This document shows, piece after piece, positions 40,645-52,832 of a stretch of DNA of 64,000 nucleotides (within the stretch, counting starts at the first letter, position 1; the number at the start of each line of letters is the position of its first letter). The notes under the pieces are model-generated. The model was given only the letters and a program-made list of their open reading frames with translations. It was not told the origin of the DNA and made no database searches. A program made the translations under genes and the position numbers. The stretch is taken from NCBI GenBank assembly GCA_021432655.1, contig MU271245.1, positions 8,229 to 72,228 of the forward strand, written 5' to 3'. The DNA comes from Atractiella rhizophila. Lineage: Eukaryota.

Positions 40645-41629
40645 TGGACTCGAAATTCGGATATCTTGATGCATTTATTCAAAAGAATTGCCTATTCTTC
40701 AAATTCCCAGTCTTTCGCTTGTAAGACCTCTTATTCATGTATTTCTTCCAAGGAGGAGGTGGAGAACCCATTGCAATCAAACGCTCCCTGTCTTTTTCCC
40801 TACAGCCCTGCGTTCCGTTGGGTTTCTTTTCAAAAGTCCTTATTTTAGAGCATGTTCCTGGATCAACCTCCTGTCTCGAATCGAATACCAACGAATATTG
40901 TTGTGTTACAGGTCTAATAACTCAGTTGGTTGAACTCAAACTTGTTTCTCTCAAATTTGATATTCAAGACGCTGAACAAGTGCCTTCACCGCCACCTAGT
41001 TCAATTTCTTTGATTTCCAGTTCTTTGTGTACTTGCGAAGCTCTCTTCAGAAGCAAAGAGCGTTGAAGACTAAGAAAATTTTGGTTAAATATTTCGGAAG
41101 GGATTATTGACCTCGGACTATTCCACAAGTGGACTTAGGAATGGAGATAACAGTGATTCTGAGAAGTTTTCGATTTCCTTGTGAATAGCGGGTGCCTTCT
41201 TGCTGAGCATGAGGCTCATCAATCACGCCGTTGCCAGCCAGAGTCTACGCAGAAATTGTGCGAAACGTTGAGAAAGAAAATTCACCCGAGGCGGACTGAT
41301 ACCGTTCAATTCGGAAACAAGTTGCTGTTCTATGAGCGCTCAGATTATGTTCTCGAAGGGAACGAGCGTTCCATTCAGCAGAACGGGAACACAAATGTCT
41401 TTGTGCCGTCGATCCATCTAGCATAGATCGGATTCCAGCGCTTTGGCCCCTTCCGAATTATATCGACATGAGAAAGAACGTTATCCCTCGCGAGCTTGTA
41501 CGCCTCATAAAAGGCAGAGGCGTTCGTCCAGAGCCGGCAGTCTCGCTCTCTCTTCACATTCTTTAGGATAGACAAGGCTATCGCAGTCAATCATTTCCCT
41601 TACATTCTTTTACCCGACCCTCGTTCGAA

Positions 41630-42673
41630 ATGGTTGCCATCAAGTCCCTCGCCGTAGTCTTCGGATTGGCTTCTCGTGAGTTTCCATCCTATTCTCCTGT
41701 TTTTTCTCTTATCCAAGGTTTTCAGTCGTCGCTGCAAGCCACCTCCCGACGAAGGCGACTCCTGTCGAGCGCTCCATTCAGGATCTCAGCGATTCCCTCG
41801 CTAGCCGCTCCCTCGCTAGCCGCTCCCTCGCCTACAACCACCACGACGTCCTCGTAAAGCGTGGTGCCGGGCCAAGCTTCAATCCTTTCTACACGACTCA
41901 GTTCTCTCGCTACGTTGGAGGACTGAGCGACAATTTGAGGGACGTCAAGAGGTCTGTTCAGTCGACTTGCCGTGGTGTCAGGAATGGTCCCCCTTCTACC
42001 CAAGTCATCAAGTATGAATTTTTGCATTTTGTACTTTTTGGAGGACGGATTTGATTTGGTTGGTAGGACTTTGCACACCCATCTGCGCTCTTGCAAGCAA
42101 CATGTCAGCAAGTGTCATGGACAGATCCACCAGTGAGTTCAACTATTACGGTTGAAAATCTCTGCTCTGACCATTATGGTTTAGCATCCCTCACATGCAT
42201 CACCCATCTGGCACTCCTGGTCTTCCTCCCACCATCCCCTCCTGCTCAGGTAAGCTAATTTTTGAAGTCCTTTCAAATGGTGTGGCTCACGATCTATCAA
42301 ATTCCAGGGCAACTTGCTGAAGTCGTTCTTCTCTTGGAAGAGATCCTTAAGGAGATTCATGACCTCGCCAAGAGTGAGGCGTCTAACCTCGAACCATCAC
42401 TCAAAAACTGACTCGTCCTTGTAGACTCTCCTACCCTCGCTCTCCTTCTTAAGGCTTACATTAGCGACATCGATGACGAGCTGAACCAACTCCTCGGCAC
42501 GAGCAATAGTGTTGTGCCTCAGACCTTGGAGTACACCAGACGATAGTGAGTTTTCTCATAAACCTTGTTCACGCAGTCATCTCATCTGATGGGATTGTTT
42601 TAGCACCACTGGAGTGAGGAGCAACATCAGGAGCTTGAACATGCGTCACACATACGAAACCCTTACCAAGTAA
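41630..42673 (+). CDS. Secreted helical protein of unknown function (signal peptide, pro-region ending in KR)
   Basis: Spliced: MVAIKSLAVVFGLASLVAA..SLASRSLASRSLA..DVLVKR|GAGPSF..CSGQLAEVVLLLEEILKEI..ISDIDDELNQLL..YETLTK*. Six GT-AG introns keep the frame open. Confidence 0.75.
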
Positions 42674-43086
42674 CAATAAATGATAAATGGACACTTTGAC
42701 TCATTTTTTTCCAATCACCAATATCTACCTCGTCTTGAGGCCTTCCTTAAAACTTCTTTGGGCTAGCTTCATCGGAAGCATTGTATACATCTTTCTAAGC
42801 ACTCGAGCTGATAGAAATTCATCCCTTGTTCTCCCTTACACTATCATCGAGAATTCAATTTCTTGTTGCATACACAAGAACTCTGTGCACAATCCTTCCC
42901 TACAGTAATATGAAAACTTGAATAATCTATGATGGTGTACTGAGACGTCTTTTTACCGACCTCAGCAAGAGAAGAGTGGAGTGGTGCCTATAGAACCACA
43001 TCCCCAGTTGTAAATTGATATTGGCCTCTCCATGTCGCATTAGATAGAGTTATATTATGCATGTAATGTGAAGGTACTGTAGCATT

Positions 43087-44317
43087 CTACTTTTTCTCCC
43101 CAGAAGCCTCCGGCCTAACGACCCCCCTTCTAATCCCTTCAAACTTATCTTCCACCTTCTTCCAGTCCACAGCCCCCAAGTGTCTCTTCACATACTCCTC
43201 CTTCGCTTCCAACCCGACTCCATAATCCCACACCCAGTTTCTCTCCCACAGGCCGAGACAAAGGAGAGGGAATAGCTGACGATTTCCATTCGACGGCTAT
43301 TCCAAAACAATAAGCGTTAATGCCGGCATGAGGTGAGAGGAGATAGGAAGAAAGGAGGAGAGCCATTGACGTACAGAGGTTTGAAAGTTCATCTCTCTCT
43401 TCCCTCCTGGAACGACAACCGTCCCGCTCCCCGCCGTCCACTTGATCTCTAGCTTCTCTTGAGGAGCATAGTAGACCAACCAGAGGTGCCCAGCAACGTA
43501 AGTGTTCAGTGCAGTCTGTTGCCAGACGTCTTCAAAGTTTTTGAACGACCCGTAGGTCTTTTCGAGACCGGCGAGGAGAGCAGAGCTGGGAGAGAGGGTG
43601 GTGGGAGTGGGAGAGAGGGAGGACAAGAAGAGATGGTTGGAAAGGAGGAGGGAGGAGTAACTATATGTTAAGGAGGAGGAGGGCGAGAGAGAAGTAGAGA
43701 GTACGGTTTGGAGGAGAGATTTCGTAGAGTTCTCAGTCCCTGCATTGAAGAATATGTCTCAGTTGAAATCCAGAAGGAAAGAAAACCGCCATGAATGCGA
43801 CAGAGTTCAAAGCTCTAATTTTCCCTCCCTCGCTTAGCTTCCATGCTCATCTAATGGACTCTCCATTCAGCACAAACATAAAATCTGTTGACGTGTGGGG
43901 AGGAATAAACCGTGTCGCAATGTTTTAGAACGTGTGCAGAAGCGCATCAAGCAGGGTATGCCCAATAGCACTGTTGCTTCTGGGAGCTGGGGCGTAACAT
44001 ATTTGTAGTCAGATTATTGCCCCGCTCACAACTGTTCAGTAACGAAAGAGCTTTTTTACAGCAAGCGCTCTGAGACGCATTTCACGAAAATTACAACGAC
44101 GGCTTGATGCAAGTAAGAAGACAAGAAAAAAATTATAAAATCACATAAGCAGGGCAGGAGACGTACCTTGAACTTGGTCATTGAGCTTCCTCATCATGTC
44201 CTCCTGCCAGACTTCACCAATTTGTTTCAGCGCATGACTGGAGAGAAATGGAGGGAGTCCACCCGCGGTTGAATAGGGCAGAGGCACGCGGGTGTGAAGG
44301 AGACGCCGGATTATCAT
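43087..44317 (-). CDS. Fe/Mn-SOD-fold mitochondrial small-subunit ribosomal protein (Mrp1/Rsm26 family)
   Basis: RRLLHTRVPLPYS..GLPPFLS..WQEDMMRKLN, SNHLFLSSL, LEKTYGSFKNF, GHLWLV, AVDWKKV. SOD metal ligands are not evident. 427-nt first intron. Confidence 0.8.
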
Positions 44318-44923
44318 CGTCGTTGAGGTGGTAAGGAGCTCAGGTTAAGTTTGTCAACTCTCTGTGTCGTGTTGTCAAATGTCGGGATTTCCTTTCTTGG
44401 AAGTTATTTCTCACAGGGCGAATATCTGCAGTGGATTGGCTCAACTGTGATCAACTTGCTGATTATATGATATGTATGTCGGAGTCCATATATGAAGGAG
44501 TTGTTAGGCAGTCAGTTGATTGCAGCGTCATGGTGTGTCTTTTTTATGGGTTTCCTATGAGAATGGACAGTTGTGGAGGAGGAATTCGAATGATCATAGT
44601 AGAAGGCGACGTGCAAAGAATTCTGGCAATCAAGCGCTTGCCATAACGAGCCTTATGGTGTTAACACAGCGCACTAGCATAGTTGCTTGCATTCTGCACT
44701 CTGAGCTCTGAATGCGAGCCCTGTTCACAAGATAGACCAAGACATTCCTGAGGTGTACTCTCTGGCATGACCAGTGTTTGCTATCTTATCGCTGATGGGT
44801 AAACATAAGATAGAGGACGTCCAAGATGAAATTGCATAGATCACAAGCTTCAATGATCGAGGAGGTTCAAAAGAACGGTTCTCCATTAAAGAACTCATCG
44901 GGTCCAATTGAGATGTGGTGTGT

Positions 44924-45360
44924 TTAGCATTGCTATGGTTATGAATGAGTTCATTTCAACAAGAAATAGACGGCGTGAGCTCACCTTGATTGAAGAGCTA
45001 CCGATAGTGGCAGCATTCAAGTTGAAGCATTGTCCCGACTTAACTTGAACTGTCACAGCGCCGGATCCACAATTACCGTTAGGGTAGACCACCACACATT
45101 TCTGAACATTTTCAGTAAATGGTTGGCCTTGGTGAGCACCAGCTGGTACGGGGGAGCAACCGACTACATACGCTTGGTCAATCATTGTACTTGGTGCTGG
45201 AAAGCGACAACATACCAGCTTCCAAATTGACCGTTCCCAAATAAGTTCCAGTTCCAGTGCCAGCGGAGCAGAGGTTGGACCAGAACACCACTTCGAATTT
45301 TGCTTGAGAGAGAGCCGGGTAGAGGAGAAAGATGGCGGAGACGAGAGTGCTGAGCTGCAT
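44924..45360 (-). CDS. Small secreted cysteine-rich protein (about 110 aa, 6 Cys)
   Basis: MQLSTLVSAIFLLYPALSQA signal; spliced mature part KFEVVFWSNLC..VGCSPV..KCVVVYPNGNC..GQCF..IKQC*. TATAAA-like element upstream at about 45437-45443 on the minus strand. Confidence 0.8.
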
Positions 45361-46814
45361 TTTCGTTTATAGTTGCTGATTTCTTGTTGCTAATGTGAAT
45401 GGATCGCTGAGGAGAGAGTGGTGGAAGCCCACAGACTTTTATATCTTTCAGTATAGCATTGGGAGTCAGAAGTGAGATGGCAAGGAGAACTCGACACGAA
45501 AATCTTCGTCGGTCTCAGACAAGGTTGTACCCAGCTGATGGTCGCAACAACGAGTTATAGGTGAAAGAGACTGAATTCGTCCAACGTCCAACGTTTCCCA
45601 AACGAGCGCAGACTTGCACGGGAGTTCTGCTTGGGTGGAGTTGTTGCATGTAGAACGGCAGCGTACCTGACACATCCCGATGATCTTCAGCTCTTGCAGA
45701 CCTTGTCTGCTAGTGTGGCCCTGACAGGCTACACCGACACCCGACATCAAAGAGAGAATGAGGGGTTACTTTTGAGAAAGGTCATTTCTAAGTGAACGTC
45801 ATAAATATCCTCAGCACAGTGAATACATCGATGGAAACCCTCTTTAAGGCGATCACGGGAAAAGGGATTCGACGAACGACGCAAGACTGGGGTCTATCGA
45901 TATCCCTCCAGAATCACTAGTAACCTCAGCCAAAAGCACCCCTGGGACGAGACAGGGCGAAGTTGCTCTGCATAATCCACAAGTACTAATAGTCTAACAG
46001 ACCTGAGATAAATAAGTCGAGGTGTAGGTAAACTCTGTGAAGATTAGCACATAGACGTTGGCAGGTCCACATTGGCTGGTCTATGCCATGTCCCTGGGGA
46101 TACCTTTCGAATTCAAGGTACTATTTCCCAGTCCTTGGACCTCTTTGGGCTTCCAAGCTACAGTGCCTCAGTTTCTCTCTCAACGTCAGACTCTGTCTCT
46201 GGGGCCATTCTTGGCCCTCATGTTCGCAGGCCCACTGAAATCTGCCGTTATTGGAGGAGAGGAGATGGCATTACAGCTCAGGCTGAACCAACGCAATCGA
46301 CCAATCCGTCTGAAGGATCGTGTTGGCAACGGAATTACCCTAAACACCTCTTCTGTCCCTCCACTCCTCATCTTCCTCTCTTGGTGAGTCGCACCAATGC
46401 TTAAACGTCTCTCTCTAAGAATGACGCTGCCCGCAAGATCACCTGAATCTATTTCTTATATCTTATGTTGGTTTATTCCTGCCACATTTACACTGAACAT
46501 TCTGAGTCACCCTAGTACTGTAGGACCAAGTACTAACTCTACGACCTTTAAAGAATACGTGCAACGTCAAGGCCCAATGCTCAACCGGTTCAACAGCACA
46601 AAGTGAAAAGTGAGAAGTGTAGAAGTGTAACTGAGTGAAGGTCCACTATTCTGGGATTTCGGGCAACCCCGCCTTCCGGTTTTGCCTGCTACCGGGACCT
46701 CCGGTCCATGAAGTTGGGATATAACCTCGACAACACTTTTCAGCCTGCCTCAGAGTTCCAGAGAGCTTCAAAACCAGCTTCAGAAACAAAGGAGGGGAAG
46801 CCCCAGAGAATACC

Positions 46815-48468
46815 ATGCAAAACGCTGTCTCCGGAAATGCAATTGGGGAGGTTCGGTGAGTTCACCTACTTTTGAGTAACACGGGTCGCTTTCTTCCCTT
46901 TTGTTCAGTGGAGAGGAGCGTTATTGATTCGTATTGTGTTTTCTTCCTCTAGGCATCCTATCAATGCAGAAAGGCTGGAGAAATATCTCGCAGAAAGTGT
47001 GCCTTCCATCAAACTACCACTTGTAATCAAGCAGTTCGGTTTTGGTCAAAGGTGCGTTTCTCACCAAGCATCATTCAGGCGTTAACATGGCCGTTGGCCC
47101 TAGCAATCCAACCTACTTCCTTACAGCCGCTGAGTCCGTTGCTGTTGCGCCGTAGACAAGTCGCGTGATCGTGCTCATAGTGGACAGCGCTACGTTCTTC
47201 GCAAGAAGCCTCCTGGAAAGCTCGTTTCAAAAACCGCTCATGCGGTTGATCGGGAGTATCGAGTTTTGAAAGCCCTGTCAGAAAATAGTGACGCGCCCGT
47301 GCCAGCTGTGTATTGTCTGTAAGTGCTCAAGCTGTAGTCCAAAGCCGGTTATAATGTCATTCACAGCTGCACCGATGATTCTGTTCTTGGGACACCGTTC
47401 TATATCATGAAATTTATTGAGGGGCGAATCTTCACAGACATTCGCCTACCAGAAGTAAAGAGCTACGAGGAGCGGCGAGCATGGTTCGTCAGAAAACGCA
47501 TCTTGTTATTGAGGGATTGAGATTGATACAGTTGGCGGTCGGCGGTTCAAACTCTCGCTCTCCTCCACAAGCAGAGCGTCGAGAAGCTTGGACTTCAGAA
47601 CTTTGGATCATCAAAACCTTTCTACCCTCGGCAAATCAAGTCTCTGGGCAACGTTTCCAGAGCGCAGGCTGCAGTTGTGTACCAAAAGGGGAAGCATAAG
47701 GGTGAGAAGGTGGACGACATTCCTGACATGGAATGGCTGTTGAATTGGTACGAGCGGTGTATGCCTACGGATCCCAACACCGTCATTCACGGTGATTACA
47801 AAATTGATAATCTTGTAAGCAACAGTCGCAGTCTCGACTCCCAACGCTGACACGGGCCTTGGCCTAGATTTTTCATCCTACAGAGCCACGCGTCATTGGA
47901 ATCCTTGACTGGGAGCTCAGCACATTGGTTCAGCGATTCCCTTTCCTTCGAGATGTGGCACTGATCTTACCTGAAGGGGCATCCATTATCCGATTTGGCA
48001 AACCTTCTTATGCCGTACAACGTAGAATACGATCCTACGGACCAGGCCACGGGTCTCCAAATCGGTTTACTGCAAGACATAGTCCCCTATCGCTTTTTTT
48101 CTCCGTCTGAACTGTCTTGCAGTGATTGTCCACCGGAGAAATTGACTGTTCCGCCTTTCGACGAACTCATGGATCTCTACCAAAAAGAGGTTGGACGTGT
48201 CTACCCGAAAGAGTCTTGGGCTGCAGCCGTCTCTTTCTCCTTTTTCCGTGTAAGCTTCCCTCTCTCAACTGCTGATCCCGAACTGATGTGACGGGTTGTG
48301 AAGCTTGCTGTCATTGGACAGGGCATATCAGCAAGGGTGGCCATGGGACAAGCTTCCTCGGCCGCTGCTGAGAGCTACGATAAAGATTTCTTCTGTGGCA
48401 GTGGACGACAGGCTAAAGCCGCGATCGAGCGGTATGAAAAGTCAGTTGGCGCGAGAGCTAAGCTGTAG
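46815..48468 (+). CDS. ACAD10/11 N-terminal-like APH phosphotransferase, probably peroxisomal
   Basis: [73 protein letters not shown]-terminal -AKL (PTS1). Confidence 0.9.
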
Positions 48469-48625
48469 CTACTGTCCCTGTATTGTATCCGTTGGAAACC
48501 TCTGTTATCAGTTGAAGCTGCTGGAGGAAGGCACAGATTCGTGGAGCGGTTAACACTGGACACCATCCCTTCCTTTTTACAAGCTGAATTCAATTCTCAC
48601 TCATATTCATATCAATCGATCGATT

Positions 48626-50650
48626 CTACAAATCAGACTTTCGTTTCTCGTCCAGGTCGTCAATATTCTCATCTTCGGACCTCTTCTTTTCTTCCCCGTC
48701 CTCCAACCTGAACGGGTCTTCCTTTAAGACGTGATCCTTTCTCAGGCCAGTCCTGGGGTCGATATTCCTCCTCCTGTACTTGTCGACGCTCATGCCGACA
48801 CCATAGAAGAACGTGAGAACAAATCCGGTAAAGGCGACCCAATACGACTTTTGAGTGTAGGTCGCATCAGCAAGTACACCCTGCATGCACAATTCTCAGA
48901 TTTTGGTTCTTCCGCGTTAAAGATTCTCCAAACCTGTAATGGAGCAAAGAGTGCTCCTCCACCAACGCCAGCAACGACGAAAGACCCTCCCACTTTGGTA
49001 AGTCTCCCAAGACGCGAGATAGCGAGAGCATAAACTATGAATCTGATTAGAAACATAACAAGACATTCGGGGGACTCACTTGTCGTCCAACAGATCGATT
49101 CAAAGTAGAACAGCCTTGTGCAAAGATTTCTTGAGCTGGCGCCAGGAGAGATCACAAAAACTTACAAAAAGGTGCAAGCAACTATTCCATTACCAGTTGC
49201 CTGAGTTACTCCAATCGTGAAGCAACAGCAAGCCTATTGAAGCCTTAGCACTGCCTTATATCCAACCAACCTCAGGAGACTCACCAGAGCGTAGGCAGTT
49301 AGAGCATGGGCGGGATCGACGTAATACAGCAATCCCGTGCCCATAAACCTTCCAAGAGCGAAAACCATTTGACAGTAAGAGTAATAGAGGGAGGCCTTGT
49401 CTGGCGCATAGGCGATACTAGGGGTATCTGCGAACAAGTTGACGGCGAAGGAAGCGACCGCCACCTGAGAGCCGACGTAGCTGAACTGAGCGAGTGCGCC
49501 GAAGATCGTGTGCTTTTGTTTATGTATCGGTTTGACGTCCTCTTTTCGGAGAGTTAGAAGGAGAGGTCAGAAGAGTGAACGCGCAAAGCTTGCCTTGGTT
49601 GGCGAGAGTATCCAGCAGGTTACGTTCGTCAATTTCGGGAAGCTGATACATTTCCGTCAGATTGAAACGAAACGGATGTTTAAACGGGAAACACACAGTT
49701 GCGAAGTAAAAGAGCACAAGCAGCAGGATTCCAAAGCATCCCACACCTAAGTAGACCCATTGGACGTTACCCAGATCTGTGCTATTCTTTCCTTTATAGA
49801 TTTCTCGCGAAGCAATGAGAGGACCAGCTAGAATCTCAAGTCAACGAGAACTCAAGTGGGAGCTGAAAGAGGACCAAAGGCTCCAATACCNNNNNNNNNN
49901 NNNNNNNNNNNNNNNNNNNNNNNNNNNNNNNNNNNNNNNNNNNNNNNNNNNNNNNNNNNNNNNNNNNNNNNNNNNNNNNNNNNNNNNNNNNNNNNNNNNN
50001 NNNNNNNNNNNNNNNNNNNNNNNNNNNNNNNNNNNNNNNNNNNNNNNNNNNNNNNNNNNNNNNNNNNNNNNNNNNNNNNNNNNNNNNNNNNNNNNNNNNN
50101 NNNNNNNNNNNNNNNNNNNNNNNNNNNNNNNNNNNNNNNNNNNNNNNNNNNNNNNNNNNNNNNNNNNNNNNNNNNNNNNNNNNNNNNNNNNNNNNNNNNN
50201 NNNNNNNNNNNNNNNNNNNNNNNNNNNNNNNNNNNNNNNNNNNNNNNNNNNNNNATCACTCACCGGCCCATGGTGCCCAAAGGAAGTACGCCCCAAAATA
50301 TGCCACTTGCATAAAAGTGGATTGTGTTTTGGATATTCCAAAAACCGATTGGAAGTGCTGTTTCGAGATTTATGAGAAGGAGATCTAAAAAAAAATGGGA
50401 CAAGAGAATCGGTCATACCTTGTTCAGAGAGTCAAGCAAACCATATGCAAATCCCCAAGCAAAGAAGAGGGATGACATTAAGCCATATCTGAATTACTCC
50501 CTCCTTACACATCTATTGGAAAGATAGAAGACAGGCAACTCACGCATATATGAACTGAAACCTCGTCAGATCTTGTGGCCGTACCTCCTTCTTCTCCACC
50601 ACCTCAACACCCTTTGGGCTCACTTGCTGCTTCAGGTTATGAAACGGCAT
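48626..50650 (-). CDS. MFS sugar transporter, L-fucose/glucose permease (FucP-like); interrupted by an N gap
   Basis: SLFFAWGFAYGLLDSLNKHFQ..QVAYFGAYF, AQFSYVGSQVAVASF, FALGRFMG, FESICWTT, GVGGGALFAP. Confidence 0.9.
49891..50254. other. Assembly gap (364 N)
   Basis: Run of N. Confidence 1.
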
Positions 50651-52165
50651 ATCTCGTCGACAATATCTCTCTTCCAAGCAAGTTCACAGTAAGTCGTTAA
50701 CGTCGCAGTTTCTTGTCGTGCTTCGTCGAACTGGCGGAATCGGAATGGAGGCGTGGGGCTCGCGGGAAGGGAAAAGGGAGGGTAGGGAACGTGGCTTTTG
50801 TAGTCGCTGATCCGGCTCAGCTTTTTTCTTCTCCCCATGTCTCAAGCATCTTCCCCACACCTCGACAATATAGATGCAAAGCTGTCAATCCACCGAAATA
50901 CCACCGTGCTTCATCGTGTGAGGTGCGGCTAAACAACGCTAGGCGGATTGCGCGGGCCGTAGCACTAATTATGACAGATATCTGACCAGGGATATGTCAT
51001 GGAAGCGTGGGATTCTCCCATGGTCGATGGGGAGAAGGTTTGGTGATAAATTAGAATATTAAAGAGGAGTGGGTAGGAGAGCGAGCGAGTTTCGAGGAGA
51101 GAGAATCCGTGGACCAAAGTGGACGAATGCATTGTCGCCGACTTTCCCCTATGTGAAATCCGCGAGATGGAAAGAGAGCAAGCTGACTTGGCTGAGGATT
51201 TGCATTCAGCTGTCTCTATGCACGTCTCTTTCTGCCTTGACAGCTTGCGGGACGGCTTCCATCCCAAGTAGATAGAACAAGGAAAGGCGGAGTGTCCGAT
51301 TTCGTTCGCTTCGTTCCACACCGTCTGAGACGGGGACAGTGTTAAAGTTGAGCAAGGAGGGCACAGTAACAATTTGACAGCAACCCCATAACTCAGGTGT
51401 CCCACATCCGAAGAAGGGATTCGAAGGCAACAGGTGCATCTGTCATCCCGGCGGGCACTGACGAGAACAAATCAGGGAACAGCTTTCGGTCGAGGCATGA
51501 AATGAAAACATTCCAGACCACGGCACAATTGACAGCTGAAGCGCTCATCGCTAGAAGGCATAGTTTCAAGAGGTGTTCGTAACACCAGTAAAAGGTCAGG
51601 TTATACGAGGGGACGGGAAATCACACTCGTCATATTCTCACAAGCTTCTTCACATTGAGCGAGGGACGAGTCTGAGATGGAGTTTTCAATGAGCATAAGC
51701 TTGACCAATGCACTTAGTACGGACGCTCTGAAGAACGCTATGTTGGCTAGCATCTCTCGCTTGCTTGATGCTGCGATGATTGCCAACGAAGAATGTTATT
51801 CCTTCGCTCATTCGGTGACAGTCCCCTGGAGGCGGTCCTGCGTCCACCAGCACGTACTGAGGTAGTCATGGTCCACGGACATGTCAGGTCTACAATTCCC
51901 ATCACCACACTGCAAGCAATAACAATACTGTCCTAAGTCCATTCATCTGGATTGACTGTAAAGTAAAGGCTTTCATGCCTGAATGAGATGGAAATCCGGT
52001 CATAGAAAATACTGTACAAAGCTTTCATGCTCCGAAAGGTGTCCTGAAGGTACGATAAAGCAAAAGTCAACATCCAATTAAGACAAACTTGACGTAGGAA
52101 AGGTGGTCAGTTCCTCTCCACAGTCCATAAAAGCAATAGAGCCCACTATACCTATCCCACCTCAC

Positions 52166-52423
52166 TCACTCCTCCTTCCCACCTTTACTCTTCAACCAAC
52201 CCTCCTCCCCGCTCCTCCACACACCCCAGCTGGGTACAATAATGATCGCATCCACGAGCACTCCCCCGAAGAAAATCTGAAATACTAGGGGGACGGATTG
52301 GAAGGCGAATCCGATGATGAAGGCGAGAATGGTGGAGACGATGAGGATTTGTTGGTTTATACGTGTCAGACGGCGCTGCGAGACGTGCGTTGGTGGATCG
52401 TTGAGTGATAGGAGGGACTCCAT
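52166..52423 (-). CDS. SPC1: Signal peptidase complex subunit 1 (SPC12 family)
   Basis: 85-aa intronless ORF: SQR, two TM helices (ILIVSTILAFIIGFAFQS; FFGGVLVDAIIIVPSW), C-terminal WL motif. Confidence 0.75.
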   Translation of the reverse strand: MESLLSLNDPPTHVSQRRLTRINQQILIVSTILAFIIGFAFQSVPLVFQIFFGGVLVDAIIIVPSWGVWRSGEEGWLKSKGGKEE

Positions 52424-52558
52424 TGTTTATTTTCTCAGTTGTCCCGGTTGTGTAATGGATGCGTGTGTGGGTGGAGGTGTTTGGACGAAGCTTTGTTGGG
52501 ACGTGTTGGGAGTGCTGTTGCTTGACGTGTTTTGTGAGCAGTTAGACGAGCTTGATGG

Positions 52559-52674
52559 GCATAAAACTCACGAGATTTAATGAATAGTTAGACACAGCTA
52601 TAAATCTTGACCCGCACAAAACTCAAGAGATTTAATGAAATAGTTAGATGCAGCTATAAAGCTCCCGCATAAAA
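52559..52674. repeat. Imperfect tandem repeat, about 54-nt unit, 2 copies plus a partial third
   Basis: GCAyAAAACTCAmGAGATTTAATGAA(A)TAGTTAGAyrCAGCTATAAA at 52559 and 52614. Confidence 0.9.
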
Positions 52675-52832
52675 TGATGTGACCTGCCAAAGAATCCTCA
52701 AAGCCCAAAGCCAGTATGCCACTTCGTCGTTCATCTACTTCGCCCCGAATTCGGCCGCAGTGTTCCCGACGGCAGAACAGGTCGACTTCGTTGTCTCAAA
52801 CGAGCAAGATTTTGGGACGCAGAACAGCAGAA

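Noticed and set aside
42373..42425. Apparent in-frame TGA in the secreted protein gene (read-through or selenocysteine)
   Set aside because: It lies in a 51-nt GTGAGG..TGTAG intron and is part of the branch site ACTGAC.
43087..44317. Active Mn superoxide dismutase
   Set aside because: Metal-ligand motifs (H..KHH, DxWEH) are not evident; fits the SOD-fold mitoribosomal family.
46023..46594. Possible solo LTR (TG...CA with an internal GTGAGT)
   Set aside because: No target-site duplication, terminal inverted repeat or second copy is visible.
51600..51900. Possible small minus-strand gene
   Set aside because: No consistent spliced frame or recognisable motif.
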